Shown in pieces: positions 27,191 through 37,083 of a DNA stretch of 45,375 nt. Origin of the DNA: a virus. Its lineage: Duplodnaviria > Caudoviricetes. How positions within the stretch are numbered: the first letter of the stretch is position 1; each line of letters starts with the position of its first letter. The position numbers and the translations under genes are program-made. Below the pieces are notes generated by a model. The model did no database searches. It was not told the DNA's origin and saw nothing but the letters and a program-made list of their open reading frames with translations. The DNA lies in IMG/VR virus record IMGVR_UViG_3300022876_000180, positions 1-45,375 of that record. One strand, given 5' to 3'.

Positions 27191-27265
27191 CCATTACGCG
27201 TAACACGAACACCCACTAACAGCCTCGCTTATGCGGGGCTTTTTCGTTTCTGGAGATCAATCCTT

Positions 27266-28426
27266 ATGGCTTTCATGCACGGCGTCACGACCTCTGAGGT
27301 CAGTACGGGCGCACGCACTATCTCGACACCTTCCTCCTCGATCATTGGGCTCTGCGACACCTTCACGCCCGGGCCGCTGGCCAGTGCCAAGGCGGGTGAG
27401 TTGAAGTTGATCACCACCGAGCGCGAAGCCATCGCCGCATTTGGTGCTGGGGCGGCCATCACCAAGGCCTGCCAGGCAATCTACACCAAGGCCAAGGCGG
27501 TGATTGTCGCCATCGGCGTTCCTAAGCTGGAAGACCCGGCGCTGCAGACCTCTGCGATTATCGGCGGCGTGCTGGCCTCAGGGCAGCGTACCGGGCTGCA
27601 GGCGCTGCTGGACGGCAAGAGCATGTTCAACGCCCAGCCGCGGCTGTTGATCGCACCAGGCCATACCGCCACCCAGGCTGTGGCGACGGCGCTGGATGCC
27701 CTCGCGGGCAAGCTCCGGGCTATCGGGATCATCGATGGGCCAAACACCACCGACGAGGAGGCCATGGCTTATGCCCTGAACTTCGGCAGTCGCAACCTCT
27801 TCATGGTCGACCCAGGTGTTCGGTTCTGGGATACCGAGGTCAGCGCTACCGTTGATGCGCCTGCCTCGGCCTGGGCGGCGGGACTGTTCGCCTGGACCGA
27901 CGCGACCTACGGTTACTGGGCTTCACCGTCGAACAAGGAGTTTGCCGGCATCACCGGTACCAGTCGGCCTATCGAGTATCTGGACGGCGATGAAACCTGC
28001 CGGGCCAACCTACTCAACAACGCGAAAATCGCCACGATCATTCGTGATGACGGTTACCGCCTCTGGGGCAATCGCACGCTTTCTAGTGATCCGAAGTACG
28101 CGTTCGTCACCAGAGTCCGCACGCTCAACATCATCATGGATGCCATCCAGGCCGGTCATAAGTGGGCTGTGGACCGCTCGATCACCAAGACCTACGTCAG
28201 CGATGTGACCGAGGGGTTGCGGGCCTTCATGCGCGATCAGAAGAACCTGGGCGCAGTGATTAACTTCGACGTGTACCCGGATCCAGAACTGAACACTGCC
28301 AGCCAGATCGAGCAAGGCAAGGTGTACTGGCGGATCCGCTTCACCGACGTGCCTCCGGCCGAAAACCCGAATTTCCTCTTCGAAGTCACCAACGAGTGGA
28401 TGACTGAAGTTCTCGAAGCCGCCTAA
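27266..28426 (+). CDS. Tail sheath (FI-like)
   Basis: FMHGV, WASPSN, GYRLWGNRT. Confidence 0.92.
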   Translation: MAFMHGVTTSEVSTGARTISTPSSSIIGLCDTFTPGPLASAKAGELKLITTEREAIAAFGAGAAITKACQAIYTKAKAVIVAIGVPKLEDPALQTSAIIGGVLASGQRTGLQALLDGKSMFNAQPRLLIAPGHTATQAVATALDALAGKLRAIGIIDGPNTTDEEAMAYALNFGSRNLFMVDPGVRFWDTEVSATVDAPASAWAAGLFAWTDATYGYWASPSNKEFAGITGTSRPIEYLDGDETCRANLLNNAKIATIIRDDGYRLWGNRTLSSDPKYAFVTRVRTLNIIMDAIQAGHKWAVDRSITKTYVSDVTEGLRAFMRDQKNLGAVINFDVYPDPELNTASQIEQGKVYWRIRFTDVPPAENPNFLFEVTNEWMTEVLEAA

Positions 28427-28437
28427 GGAGGCCGCCA

Positions 28438-28947
28438 ATGTCAATGATTCCTGAAGTTCTCTCCAACACCTCCATGTTTATCGACGGCATCAGTTTCGAC
28501 GGAGACGCACCGAGTGTGACTCTGCCGAAGGTGACTCTGAAAATGAATCCCTACCGAGGCGGGGGCATGGCCGGCGAGATCGAGATCCCGACCGGTGTGG
28601 AGAAGATGGAAGCATCTTTCACTACCAGCGGTGCGCGGCGTGATGCGCTTAAGTGGTTTGGTCTGTCGGACCGGACCTCCTGCAGCGTTGTGTTTCGTGG
28701 TGCATTCCGCGGTGTGAAAGGGCGAGTGACCCCAGTCATTGCCACTATGCGCGGCGGCATTAAAGAGGTCGACATGGGTGACTGGAAGGCCGGTGACCCC
28801 GCAGAAACCAAGCATGCTGTGTCGGTGAATTACTACAAGCTCGAAGTCGGTGGGGTAATGGTCTACGAGATCGACATGGTGGGCATGGTGCTGGTCGTAA
28901 ATGGCGTCGACCAGTTGGCAGATGAACGTTCGGCCCTCGGCCTCTAA
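28438..28947 (+). CDS. Tail tube (FII-like)
   Basis: YRGGGMAG, YYKL..YEID, NGVD. Confidence 0.9.
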   Translation: MSMIPEVLSNTSMFIDGISFDGDAPSVTLPKVTLKMNPYRGGGMAGEIEIPTGVEKMEASFTTSGARRDALKWFGLSDRTSCSVVFRGAFRGVKGRVTPVIATMRGGIKEVDMGDWKAGDPAETKHAVSVNYYKLEVGGVMVYEIDMVGMVLVVNGVDQLADERSALGL

Positions 28948-28959
28948 GGATAAATAGCA

Positions 28960-29277
28960 ATGACTCAAGCAACTGCAAAAGCAAAAACTGACATGCCCAA
29001 ATGGCTGGAAATCACCAGCGAAGGTTTCAGCATCACGCTTAAACACCCCACTGAGCTTTGTCATGCGATGGTCGACAAGGTGGCGATGCGTTCTCCCACT
29101 GTGCGGGAGGTCAGTGCTGCCGAGATGGCCTCAAATGGCGACGCTGAAAAGCGTGAATTGATGCTGTTCTCGTCTCTGACCATGATCCCGGTCGAGGATC
29201 TGAGATCGTTGAAGTATCGCGATTACCGGCGTCTCCAGGCCGGATATTTTCGTCTGGTCGACGAAGACGAACTTTAA
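28960..29277 (+). CDS. Tail assembly chaperone (E-like)
   Basis: MRSPTV, DYRRLQ; between tube and tape measure. Confidence 0.8.
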   Translation: MTQATAKAKTDMPKWLEITSEGFSITLKHPTELCHAMVDKVAMRSPTVREVSAAEMASNGDAEKRELMLFSSLTMIPVEDLRSLKYRDYRRLQAGYFRLVDEDEL

Positions 29278-29389
29278 CTCCGGCACCCTGAAAATATTGG
29301 CCAAGCGCTTGGCAAAAGAGACGGGGTTCTCTGCTGCCGAGATCCAGGCCATGCCTTTTAATGACGTGGTGTGGTGGCTCACGGATTGA
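29273..29389 (+). CDS. E'-like frameshift extension (38 codons, +1 frame)
   Basis: FNSGTLKILAKRLAKETGFSAAEIQAMPFNDVVWWLTD* begins at the CTT-TAA of the chaperone. Confidence 0.6.
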   Translation, partial: FNSGTLKILAKRLAKETGFSAAEIQAMPFNDVVWWLTD

Positions 29390-29427
29390 GCCTCCCTCGA
29401 TTCATCTGGATGACGTAGGGCACGGTT

Positions 29428-31887
29428 ATGGCGAAGAAAGTAGCGCTCGGCCTAGTGATCGGCGGGGCTGTTGACTCGACGGTGGGCAAGGCCTTCAAGG
29501 ACGTCGAAAGCAAGATCAAGCATCTGGATGATGTGGGTGCGAAAGCGCGGGTTCTGCAGAACACAATCGGCGACACGATCCGGCTCCGTGAAGAGTGGCG
29601 CAAGGCCCATGCCTCGGGCGCAGAAGGGGCCTCGAAGCTGTTGAACAGGCTGGATGCCAACCTCGACATCCTGAAAAAACAGGGTATCGAGGTGGGGCGG
29701 TTGAACAAGGCTTACACCACACTTGGCCGAGTCGCAGTTGGGGCCGAGTTGAAGGCGGTGGGGCACCGGCAGATCGAGGAAGGCCGGGAAGGGATGAAAA
29801 GCAGCCTCGGCCAGGCGGGGGCATTCGTGGCTGCAGCGGCGATCCCCACGAAGGTCAGCGCGGACTATCAAGCGATCATTCGCGACATTGCCATCAAGTC
29901 GGATATCGTCAACAAGCCGCAAGAGGTCCAGCTGAGCCGGTCGGTGATTGGCACCGCGCGCGATACTGGCATGTCGCGCAATGACGTGGCGGACCTGATT
30001 AACCAACTGGTCGGCGCCGGCATGGACGTGGAAAAGGCCATTGCCTACGCACCGACGGCGGCGAAATTTGCCATTGGCCAAGGGTCGTCAGGCGTCGACA
30101 CGGCAGCGATGATCCAGGCGCTGCAGCAGAACGCAAAGATCACCGATCCGAAGGTCATGCAGCAGGCCCTGGAGGCTATCGCCTACCAAGGCCAGGCTGG
30201 CTCGTTCGAGGCGGCCGATATGGCCAAGTGGTTCCCGCAGCTGCTGGCCGGTATGGAGAAAGGCGGCGTCACTGGCCTGGACGCGGTCACGTCGCTGGGG
30301 GCAATGCTGCAGGTGCAGATGAAGACCGCCGGCAGCTCCGACGAAGCGGCGAACAACTTCAAGAACTGGATTGAGAAGATCGGCTCAGGTGACATCCAGA
30401 GGAACTACGAAAAGGTCGGGATCGACTACCAGAAGTCGCTGAATACCGGGTTGCAAAAGGGCATGAACGTCTTTGAGGCATCCATGGGGTTGGCGGTGCA
30501 GTACGTCGAGAAGACCGACCCGAAGAAGGCCCAGCAGTTGAAAGAGGCTCAGTCCAGGATCGACAAGGAGGTTGACCCGCAGAAGGCCACGGCGGCGCTG
30601 GAAGCCCTGGAGAAAAGCCTGCGTACCGGCGACGTGTTTGCCGACATGCAGGTCAAGGCAGCGCTGACCGCCTACGCGCAGAACCGGGGCCTGTACAGCA
30701 CGCTGAAAGCCGACTCGGCCGACGCGAAAAAGGTCGCAGGCATTCTCGACAAGAACCTTGCCGAGCGGCGCGAAACGTCATCGCAGATCTGGAAAGAGAC
30801 GTTCCAGTCGATCGATGACGGCATGCGCAGTGTTGGTGACGCCATTCGACCGGTGACAGATGCGGTTGGCGAAGGGATCACCAATGTCTCCCGAAAGCTG
30901 ACCGAATTGACTGACGAATCACCGCGACTGGTCACCAGTATCGGTGGTGTTGTTGCGGGCCTGATCGCCCTCAAGACTGCGGCCAGCGCAATCAAGATCG
31001 GCAAGGGCTTGATGAATGTCGGGCGCGGCACGCTGCTGGGTAATCCGAACATCCCTCAGAAAGTGATTGTGACCAACTTGCCGGCGGGTGGGCTTGGCGG
31101 TCTGGACGGCGGCGTCGATGGCAATAGCAAGGGAAGTAAGAAACCCGGTAGAGGTAGGGGGGGCCGAGGAAGGGGCATAGGCGCAGGCGTCAAGGCGCCG
31201 GCCATGTTTGCGGCTATCGATGCCGGATTCAAGGCTAAGGATACTTACGACAATGCTGTCACCCAGGATGAAAAGGCCGAGGGCTACGGTGAAGCAGCCG
31301 GCGGTTTGGCCGGTACTCTGGCCGGCGCTGCTGCTGGAGCGGCCATCGGTTCGGTGGTGCCGGTTATTGGCAACGTTGTTGGCGGGCTGGTCGGTGGCTA
31401 TTTCGGTGGCATGGGCGGGGACTATCTCGGCGGTTCGCTTGGTAAGTCGATGTTCGGTTCCGACGAGTCGCTCAAGACCATGCCGGCAGCTGGGCCCTTG
31501 ATGATGGTCAATGCTGGGAAGGATATCCCGCCGGTTTTGGGGGATATTGCTCGGTCCTTTGCTCCTGTGTCGGTGCCGACCGAAAGCCCTTTGCCTGAGC
31601 GAGAGGTAGACGCAGCCGCCCTTGGCGATGTGGCGCGTTCATTGTCGGCGCCTTCCGTGCCGAGTGTGCCAGCACTGCTAGCCCCCGTGGCTGCTGCGCC
31701 AAAAGTGGAGGCGCCTAGGGTTGATCAGCGGTTCGATATTCAGGCGCCGCTTTACATCACTGTGCAGGGGGATGTGAAAGATCCGGCCCAGTTAGCGCAG
31801 CAGCTGCAGCCATTTTTCGAGCAGCACATGCGGCAAGTCGCGCAGCAGCTGCAGAGCCGCACGCTGTATGACGAGCCGCATGTTTGA
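29428..31887 (+). CDS. Tail tape measure protein
   Basis: 819 aa, Ala/Gly-rich helical; GSFEAADMA; synteny. Confidence 0.9.
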   Translation: MAKKVALGLVIGGAVDSTVGKAFKDVESKIKHLDDVGAKARVLQNTIGDTIRLREEWRKAHASGAEGASKLLNRLDANLDILKKQGIEVGRLNKAYTTLGRVAVGAELKAVGHRQIEEGREGMKSSLGQAGAFVAAAAIPTKVSADYQAIIRDIAIKSDIVNKPQEVQLSRSVIGTARDTGMSRNDVADLINQLVGAGMDVEKAIAYAPTAAKFAIGQGSSGVDTAAMIQALQQNAKITDPKVMQQALEAIAYQGQAGSFEAADMAKWFPQLLAGMEKGGVTGLDAVTSLGAMLQVQMKTAGSSDEAANNFKNWIEKIGSGDIQRNYEKVGIDYQKSLNTGLQKGMNVFEASMGLAVQYVEKTDPKKAQQLKEAQSRIDKEVDPQKATAALEALEKSLRTGDVFADMQVKAALTAYAQNRGLYSTLKADSADAKKVAGILDKNLAERRETSSQIWKETFQSIDDGMRSVGDAIRPVTDAVGEGITNVSRKLTELTDESPRLVTSIGGVVAGLIALKTAASAIKIGKGLMNVGRGTLLGNPNIPQKVIVTNLPAGGLGGLDGGVDGNSKGSKKPGRGRGGRGRGIGAGVKAPAMFAAIDAGFKAKDTYDNAVTQDEKAEGYGEAAGGLAGTLAGAAAGAAIGSVVPVIGNVVGGLVGGYFGGMGGDYLGGSLGKSMFGSDESLKTMPAAGPLMMVNAGKDIPPVLGDIARSFAPVSVPTESPLPEREVDAAALGDVARSLSAPSVPSVPALLAPVAAAPKVEAPRVDQRFDIQAPLYITVQGDVKDPAQLAQQLQPFFEQHMRQVAQQLQSRTLYDEPHV

Positions 31888-31899
31888 TCAGGAGGACCT

Positions 31900-32745
31900 A
31901 TGGCTTACATGGAACAACTGCAGTCGGGGTTGAAGTACCTGGCTGCTGCAGGTGAGACGGGGCGCCGGAGCCTTGATGGCATGATGGGGCCGGTCAATGG
32001 TGCGATCAGTGAGATTACTGGCGCGGCGGCTGAGCTGGAGGGGGTGCCTTTCGTGGGGCCCGCAGTGGGGCAGAAGCTGCAGCGTGTCATGCGCAGCGTG
32101 AACGCCGCCCAGGCCAAGGTGGGGCAGGTGGTCTCAACGTACAACAAGGCGTCCCGTGCCGTATCGCAGATCGACGAACGTGTAGGTGTGTTGAAAGAGC
32201 AGGCCGCTCGAGCAGCCACAGCCGTCAACAAGATCGCCGGCAACATCAGTCCGGCGCTGGCCAATATCGTTCCGACCAGCTCCTTGCTGGGCGATGCCTC
32301 GGTGTTGCCGGAGGCGGTTACACCGTTTCCGCATCTGCTGATTATTCAGCCGCAGGATCCCCAGGCTCAGCCTTACTACTTCAATCTGGACACCGCGGCT
32401 TTCGATGAGCTTCGGCGTTCGACGGAATTTCGCTGGGCCTCGCAGGAGCGCTTGACGCGTCGGCCGGCGCAGCAGGCTGTGGGCATGGGGGAGGAGAAGA
32501 TCACGCTCAAGGGCGCGATCTTTCCGGGGTTTAAAGGCGGTATCAAGCAGTTGGATACCTTGCGCAGCATCGGGGCTCGGCTTGCTCCCGTAACTCTGAC
32601 CACTGGCTATGGCGATGTCCTCGGCACCTGGTGTCTTAAGAGTTTGGAGGAGGATCAGAGCGAGCTGATGCAAGGCGGTATCCCGCGCAAGCAGGGGTTT
32701 ACATTGGAGTTTGTACGCTATGGCGACGACATGCAGAACATCTGA
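31900..32745 (+). CDS. GpU-like tail protein with N-terminal extension
   Basis: RWASQERL..PAQQ..G.EKITLKG, FTLEF..Y. Confidence 0.8.
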   Translation: MAYMEQLQSGLKYLAAAGETGRRSLDGMMGPVNGAISEITGAAAELEGVPFVGPAVGQKLQRVMRSVNAAQAKVGQVVSTYNKASRAVSQIDERVGVLKEQAARAATAVNKIAGNISPALANIVPTSSLLGDASVLPEAVTPFPHLLIIQPQDPQAQPYYFNLDTAAFDELRRSTEFRWASQERLTRRPAQQAVGMGEEKITLKGAIFPGFKGGIKQLDTLRSIGARLAPVTLTTGYGDVLGTWCLKSLEEDQSELMQGGIPRKQGFTLEFVRYGDDMQNI

Positions 32746-32926
32746 CGGGGATCTGCTCGACACCCTCTGTTATCAGGTTTACGGCCACCTGAATGGCACC
32801 GTCGAGGCGGTGCTGGATGCCAACCAGGGGCTGGCTGAAGAGCCTCAGCCCTACCGTGCCGGTATCGTCATTATGCTGCCGGATATGCCAGCCCCTGCCG
32901 GCGAAGTTGTCATGCTCTGGGGTTGA
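32720..32926 (+). CDS. Tail protein X
   Basis: GDLLDTLCYQVYG..VLDANQGLA..LWG. Confidence 0.85.
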   Translation: MATTCRTSDGDLLDTLCYQVYGHLNGTVEAVLDANQGLAEEPQPYRAGIVIMLPDMPAPAGEVVMLWG

Positions 32927-33010
32927 AGGGGGCCTTGGATTTGGTGGGTTTGCTGCTTAGGTGAGGCGTCGATAGACTTATCATTTTTAGGAATGGATAA
33001 GGGAATATTT

Positions 33011-33334
33011 ATGGAAAGATCGACTGAACTAAGGAAAGTTAATCGGAGTATCTGGGGGGAGCTTAACTATCGATTGAACTGGATCATTTTCGGCACTATT
33101 GGTGCTGTCCTCCTGGCATTCATTCCGGTAATCGGTTGGATATTGGGGGCTGGTGTGATTCTCGCTGTGCTGTGGAAGACGTTCGGTTTTCGAGAGTCGC
33201 AACTGGTGGGAAGTTGCCCTGCGTGCACTAAGTTGCTGCCGATTGATCCAAAAACAGATGTGTTTGCCTGTCCTGTGTGTCAGAGCTGCATTGCTGTTGG
33301 AGAAGACAAACTAGTTATCGTCAAGATCGACTGA
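33011..33334 (+). CDS. Accessory membrane protein with C-terminal Zn ribbon (moron-like)
   Basis: Two TM helices (FIPVIGW), CPAC..CPVC; AT-richer insertion between X and D genes. Confidence 0.7.
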   Translation: MERSTELRKVNRSIWGELNYRLNWIIFGTIGAVLLAFIPVIGWILGAGVILAVLWKTFGFRESQLVGSCPACTKLLPIDPKTDVFACPVCQSCIAVGEDKLVIVKID

Positions 33335-33412
33335 GCTGCAATGCCCTGTCCTTGACAGAAAATGAATTCAACTCAGCCCGCCTTGTGCGGGCTTTTTTAT
33401 TGAGGAATGTCC

Positions 33413-34462
33413 ATGAAGCCTGCCTTCAGGATTGTTGCTGACGGAGCAGACATCACGGCGCTGATCAATGATCGGCTCCTGCAACTGAAAACCACCGACA
33501 AGCCTGGGATGGAGTCGGACGAGTTTGAATTACGGATCGATGACCGCGATGGAGCGGTGGTCTTGCCCGGCAAGGGCGCCAATATTGAGGTGTTCCTGGG
33601 TTATGCCGGAACCACGTTGAGCCGGCTGGGCCGGTATGTGGTCGACAAGGTCACCGTTTCAGGCCCGCCTGACACCATCGTCATCACCGGCAAGGCTGGC
33701 GATATGCGGGGCAGCGGCAAGACCACGCGCAGTGGCAGTTGGGAAGGTTTACCTCTGTCGCAGATTATCGCGGATGTCGCGGCGCGTAACGGCTGGGAGG
33801 TTGTCTGCCCGGTCCAGACAAAGGTAGTGCGTGCTGATCAGTTGGGTGAGTCTGATTTCAACTTTATCACCCGGATTGCCAGGCAATACGACTGCACCGC
33901 CAAGCTGGCTGACGGCAAGTTACTGGTCATGTCTCGACAGGGAGGACAGAGTGCCAGTGGCAAAGCATTCAGTGTCGTCACGCTGACACGACAGGATGTC
34001 AGCCGCTGGCAGTTCACGCTCGATGACCGTAGCACTCATAAGTCCGTGTCCACGAAGCATCAGGACAAGAAGTCTGGAAAGCTGAAAGTTATCACTCTGG
34101 ACAACGACGAGTCACCGGATGGTCTGCCAGCCGTTCATACCGACCGCCATATCTACCCGAACAAGTCCTCTGCAGAACAGGCGGCCAAGGCTCGATTGGC
34201 TGCGTTCAACCGTTCAACTGCAAGCGTTCGCCTGGAAATGCCAGGGCGAACCGACCTGTTCGCTGAGCGCTCAATCCGTGCTCAAGGCTTCAAGGTCGGC
34301 CTCGATGGCGAGTATCTGGTGGACTCGGTCGAGCAGGTGTTCACCCAGGCCGGCTGGAGTACCACCGTCGAATGCAATGGAGGCAAGAAAGGTAAGGCGA
34401 AAGCCAAGGGCAAGAAGAAAAAACAAGAGAAACAACTGAAGGTCGTCCAGATCAAGCAGTAA
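33413..34462 (+). CDS. Late control D-family baseplate hub
   Basis: SDEFELRIDDRDG, QLGESDFNFITR. Confidence 0.88.
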   Translation: MKPAFRIVADGADITALINDRLLQLKTTDKPGMESDEFELRIDDRDGAVVLPGKGANIEVFLGYAGTTLSRLGRYVVDKVTVSGPPDTIVITGKAGDMRGSGKTTRSGSWEGLPLSQIIADVAARNGWEVVCPVQTKVVRADQLGESDFNFITRIARQYDCTAKLADGKLLVMSRQGGQSASGKAFSVVTLTRQDVSRWQFTLDDRSTHKSVSTKHQDKKSGKLKVITLDNDESPDGLPAVHTDRHIYPNKSSAEQAAKARLAAFNRSTASVRLEMPGRTDLFAERSIRAQGFKVGLDGEYLVDSVEQVFTQAGWSTTVECNGGKKGKAKAKGKKKKQEKQLKVVQIKQ

Positions 34463-34514
34463 CGCTGTGGCCGTTCACGGCGTGTTCAATCCAATGTCTC
34501 AATGGAGAACCTGT

Positions 34515-35069
34515 ATGTCACTCACAGAGCAACAGCTGCAACGCATCATGCCCAACGCCCGCCGCCAAGCGGGCGTTTTTGTTTCCGCTCTCAACGCGGC
34601 GATGGCCCACCGGCAAATTGATACGCCCAAGCGGCAGGCTGCCTTTCTGGCCCAGGTTGGGCATGAGTCCGGTCAGCTGCAGTTCGTGCGCGAACTGGGT
34701 AGCGACCAGTACCTGAGCAAGTACGACACCGGCAGTCTGGCGGCAAGGCTTGGCAACACCCCCGCGGCCGATGGTGATGGCCAGCTCTATCGTGGCCGCG
34801 GGCTGATTCAGGTGACCGGCCGGAACAATTACCTGCGCTGCAGCCTGGCCCTGTTCGGCGATGAGCGCCTGCTACGTACCCCTGAGTTACTCGAGCAGGC
34901 GCAATGGGCGGCCGAGTCTGCGGCGTGGTTCTGGTGGGTGCGGGAGTTGAATGTTCTGGCAGACCGGGACGACTTCAACGGCATCACCCGTAAGATCAAC
35001 GGCGGCCTCAACGGCTTGGCGGATCGCCTGGAGTTGTGGGGGCGGGCGAGGGCGGTCCTATGCGCCTGA
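34515..35069 (+). CDS. Endolysin, glycoside hydrolase family 19
   Basis: AFLAQVGHES, YRGRGLIQVTG..NY, INGGLNG. Confidence 0.93.
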   Translation: MSLTEQQLQRIMPNARRQAGVFVSALNAAMAHRQIDTPKRQAAFLAQVGHESGQLQFVRELGSDQYLSKYDTGSLAARLGNTPAADGDGQLYRGRGLIQVTGRNNYLRCSLALFGDERLLRTPELLEQAQWAAESAAWFWWVRELNVLADRDDFNGITRKINGGLNGLADRLELWGRARAVLCA

Positions 35070-35602
35070 TTGAGCTGATCCCGGCCCATGTCCGGCTACT
35101 CGTTGCTGGTTTGGCCTTGATCGCCTTGCTCGGTGGCGTCGCCGCGGTGGTCTGGAAGGTTCAGGACTGGCGCTACGGCAAGCAGCTGGCCGAGCAAGCC
35201 CGTCTGCAGGCCGAAAGACTCAATCAGATGACGCTGGTAGCAGCGGCCCGGCAGCGTGAAGAACAAGATAAACGTCTGGCATTGGAGCGGCAGCTGCAGG
35301 CCAGTGATCAAACCCATTACCGAGCCTTAAGCGATGCACAACGTGATCAAGGTCGCCTGCGTGACCGTCTTGCAACTGCTGATCTGCGCCTGTCAGTCCT
35401 CCTCGACGCTGCCGATGCCAGCAGCGGATGTGCAGTGCCTGCCACCACCACCGCCGGCGGCGTGGTTCATGGAGCCGCACGCGGCCAGCTTGACCCAGCG
35501 CATGCTCAGCGAATTATCGGAATCACCAACGACGGCGATCAAGGACTGATCGCCCTGGCGGCCTGTCAGGCCTACGCCAGAAAAGTGTCTACACAGAAGT
35601 AA
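35060..35602 (+). CDS. i-spanin (Rz-like)
   Basis: N-terminal TM helix, coiled coil, ALAACQAY. Confidence 0.82.
   Translation: MRLIELIPAHVRLLVAGLALIALLGGVAAVVWKVQDWRYGKQLAEQARLQAERLNQMTLVAAARQREEQDKRLALERQLQASDQTHYRALSDAQRDQGRLRDRLATADLRLSVLLDAADASSGCAVPATTTAGGVVHGAARGQLDPAHAQRIIGITNDGDQGLIALAACQAYARKVSTQK
35334..35549 (+). CDS. o-spanin (Rz1-like), embedded in Rz
   Basis: Signal peptide with lipobox-like LICAC, Pro-rich CLPPPPP..W; nested in another frame. Confidence 0.75.
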   Translation: MHNVIKVACVTVLQLLICACQSSSTLPMPAADVQCLPPPPPAAWFMEPHAASLTQRMLSELSESPTTAIKD

Positions 35603-35671
35603 AAAGGAGCGGCCGGTCTGGATGCGTCAACACCCATCTCGGCCGCCGTCCCTGCAGATTGCCCTGAGGGA

Positions 35672-35944
35672 TTAGATCTGGCATGAGCCTTTGGATAACC
35701 CATACGACGGATCACCTGTTTGCTTGAGGCAAGTAGCAGCAGCTTCGATATTTGCTGCGATATCTCCATAGGTTTCAATTGTGTAATAATTGTTGCCTTT
35801 GCAGCTGACGCAGTAGTCGGTTTTTCCCCATAATATTGAAGTGTTACCATTATTAGGTGATGTAATTTGCTCTAGTTCGTTTGGCGATAGAACAATAATT
35901 ACTTCTAAGGAGCCGTCGTCAAGGGCTGTGGGTGAAAATTTCAT
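35672..35944 (-). CDS. Small Cys-containing cargo protein
   Basis: AT-rich 90-aa ORF with AAGGA RBS; four Cys. Confidence 0.55.
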   Translation of the reverse strand: MKFSPTALDDGSLEVIIVLSPNELEQITSPNNGNTSILWGKTDYCVSCKGNNYYTIETYGDIAANIEAAATCLKQTGDPSYGLSKGSCQI

Positions 35945-36182
35945 GTGCTTTTCCTTGTATTGTAATTAAAGTGTTGTGGCTATCTCAGTACTAGTACAGT
36001 CCTGCGGTTGACGTCCTTGTAGCCGATAAACGGCTGTAGTGTTTTCATATTCGAAATAAACGTAGAGGGATATATTAGGAATTGATATTGCGAGGCTAAA
36101 TGTTTTCCCAACATGGCTCGGTGTCAGAGCAAATCGTGACATCTACGCTTATTGGATGCCGAAAGCAAATATGATGTGGTAG

Positions 36183-37043
36183 TTAATTTTCTCTGATTAG
36201 GTGCTTCAGTGATGGTAGTTTTGCGTCAAATAGTGCAGTCAATATAAGGCAGCTTTCCTGATACATCTTGTTTAGATAAACGTCATCTGAGAGGATTCCA
36301 TCGAAGTAGGTGCCATATGCGACTATATACATGTCTACGAAATCGTTGCGGAGTCTATCCGCACGTCTCTCGCGCAGCCCTCCATTTGCTGACCGATTAA
36401 TAATCATGAGGTAGCTGGCTAAGCAAGCCCTGAAGATGAAGGTGTTTGGAAGCTCGTCGTATGTCGGGCGTTTACGTCGAAATTGGAAATTTGAAAAAAC
36501 AGTGTTGGCTATAAAAAGTGTTGTCTGAACTATCTTGTTTATCATCTCTTTTGAATAGCTTCCTTGGTTGCGCAGGATTGCTCTTTCGTCTTTGCTATAT
36601 TCTTTTCCTAAGGATTCCAATGCATCACGCATTTTTCTGGATTCATCAAGCATTTTTTCAAGGTGTGCTTGGGCTAATTGGCCTCGCTCAAATATTTGCT
36701 GCTTTATATGATGGTCGCCTTCATTCGCTTTTTTTAGGAGGTTTATGTACTCAGGAAAGTCATTTGTTTGGGTGTGGTCGATCAGTCTTTTTTGCAGTCC
36801 TTTACATCTGCCGCTCTGTAGGCAGTTTTTTGCTGTCCCGCTTAATATGATGGCCTGATTTGGAAATAGTGATAAAATTGACATGGATTTTGTTATGCTG
36901 AATATATCACCCTTGTATGCCTCCAAAGCGATAAAGTCAGTTAGCACTGCTTTGTTTTTTTGGGACTTCGATAGATATTCGTGAAGTTTTGGTGATGTAA
37001 GTTGGTTGCTGTCTATGATTAGCTGCATGTGTTCGGTATCCAA
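36183..37043 (-). CDS. PIN-like protein (putative RNase), cargo
   Basis: IIDSN, ALE, NDFVD, GILSDD acidic pattern typical of PIN folds; AT-rich. Confidence 0.5.
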   Translation of the reverse strand: MDTEHMQLIIDSNQLTSPKLHEYLSKSQKNKAVLTDFIALEAYKGDIFSITKSMSILSLFPNQAIILSGTAKNCLQSGRCKGLQKRLIDHTQTNDFPEYINLLKKANEGDHHIKQQIFERGQLAQAHLEKMLDESRKMRDALESLGKEYSKDERAILRNQGSYSKEMINKIVQTTLFIANTVFSNFQFRRKRPTYDELPNTFIFRACLASYLMIINRSANGGLRERRADRLRNDFVDMYIVAYGTYFDGILSDDVYLNKMYQESCLILTALFDAKLPSLKHLIREN

Positions 37044-37083
37044 AAAACCTGTTTTTGTGTTGGGTTTTTCTCAAATGAAAGGA

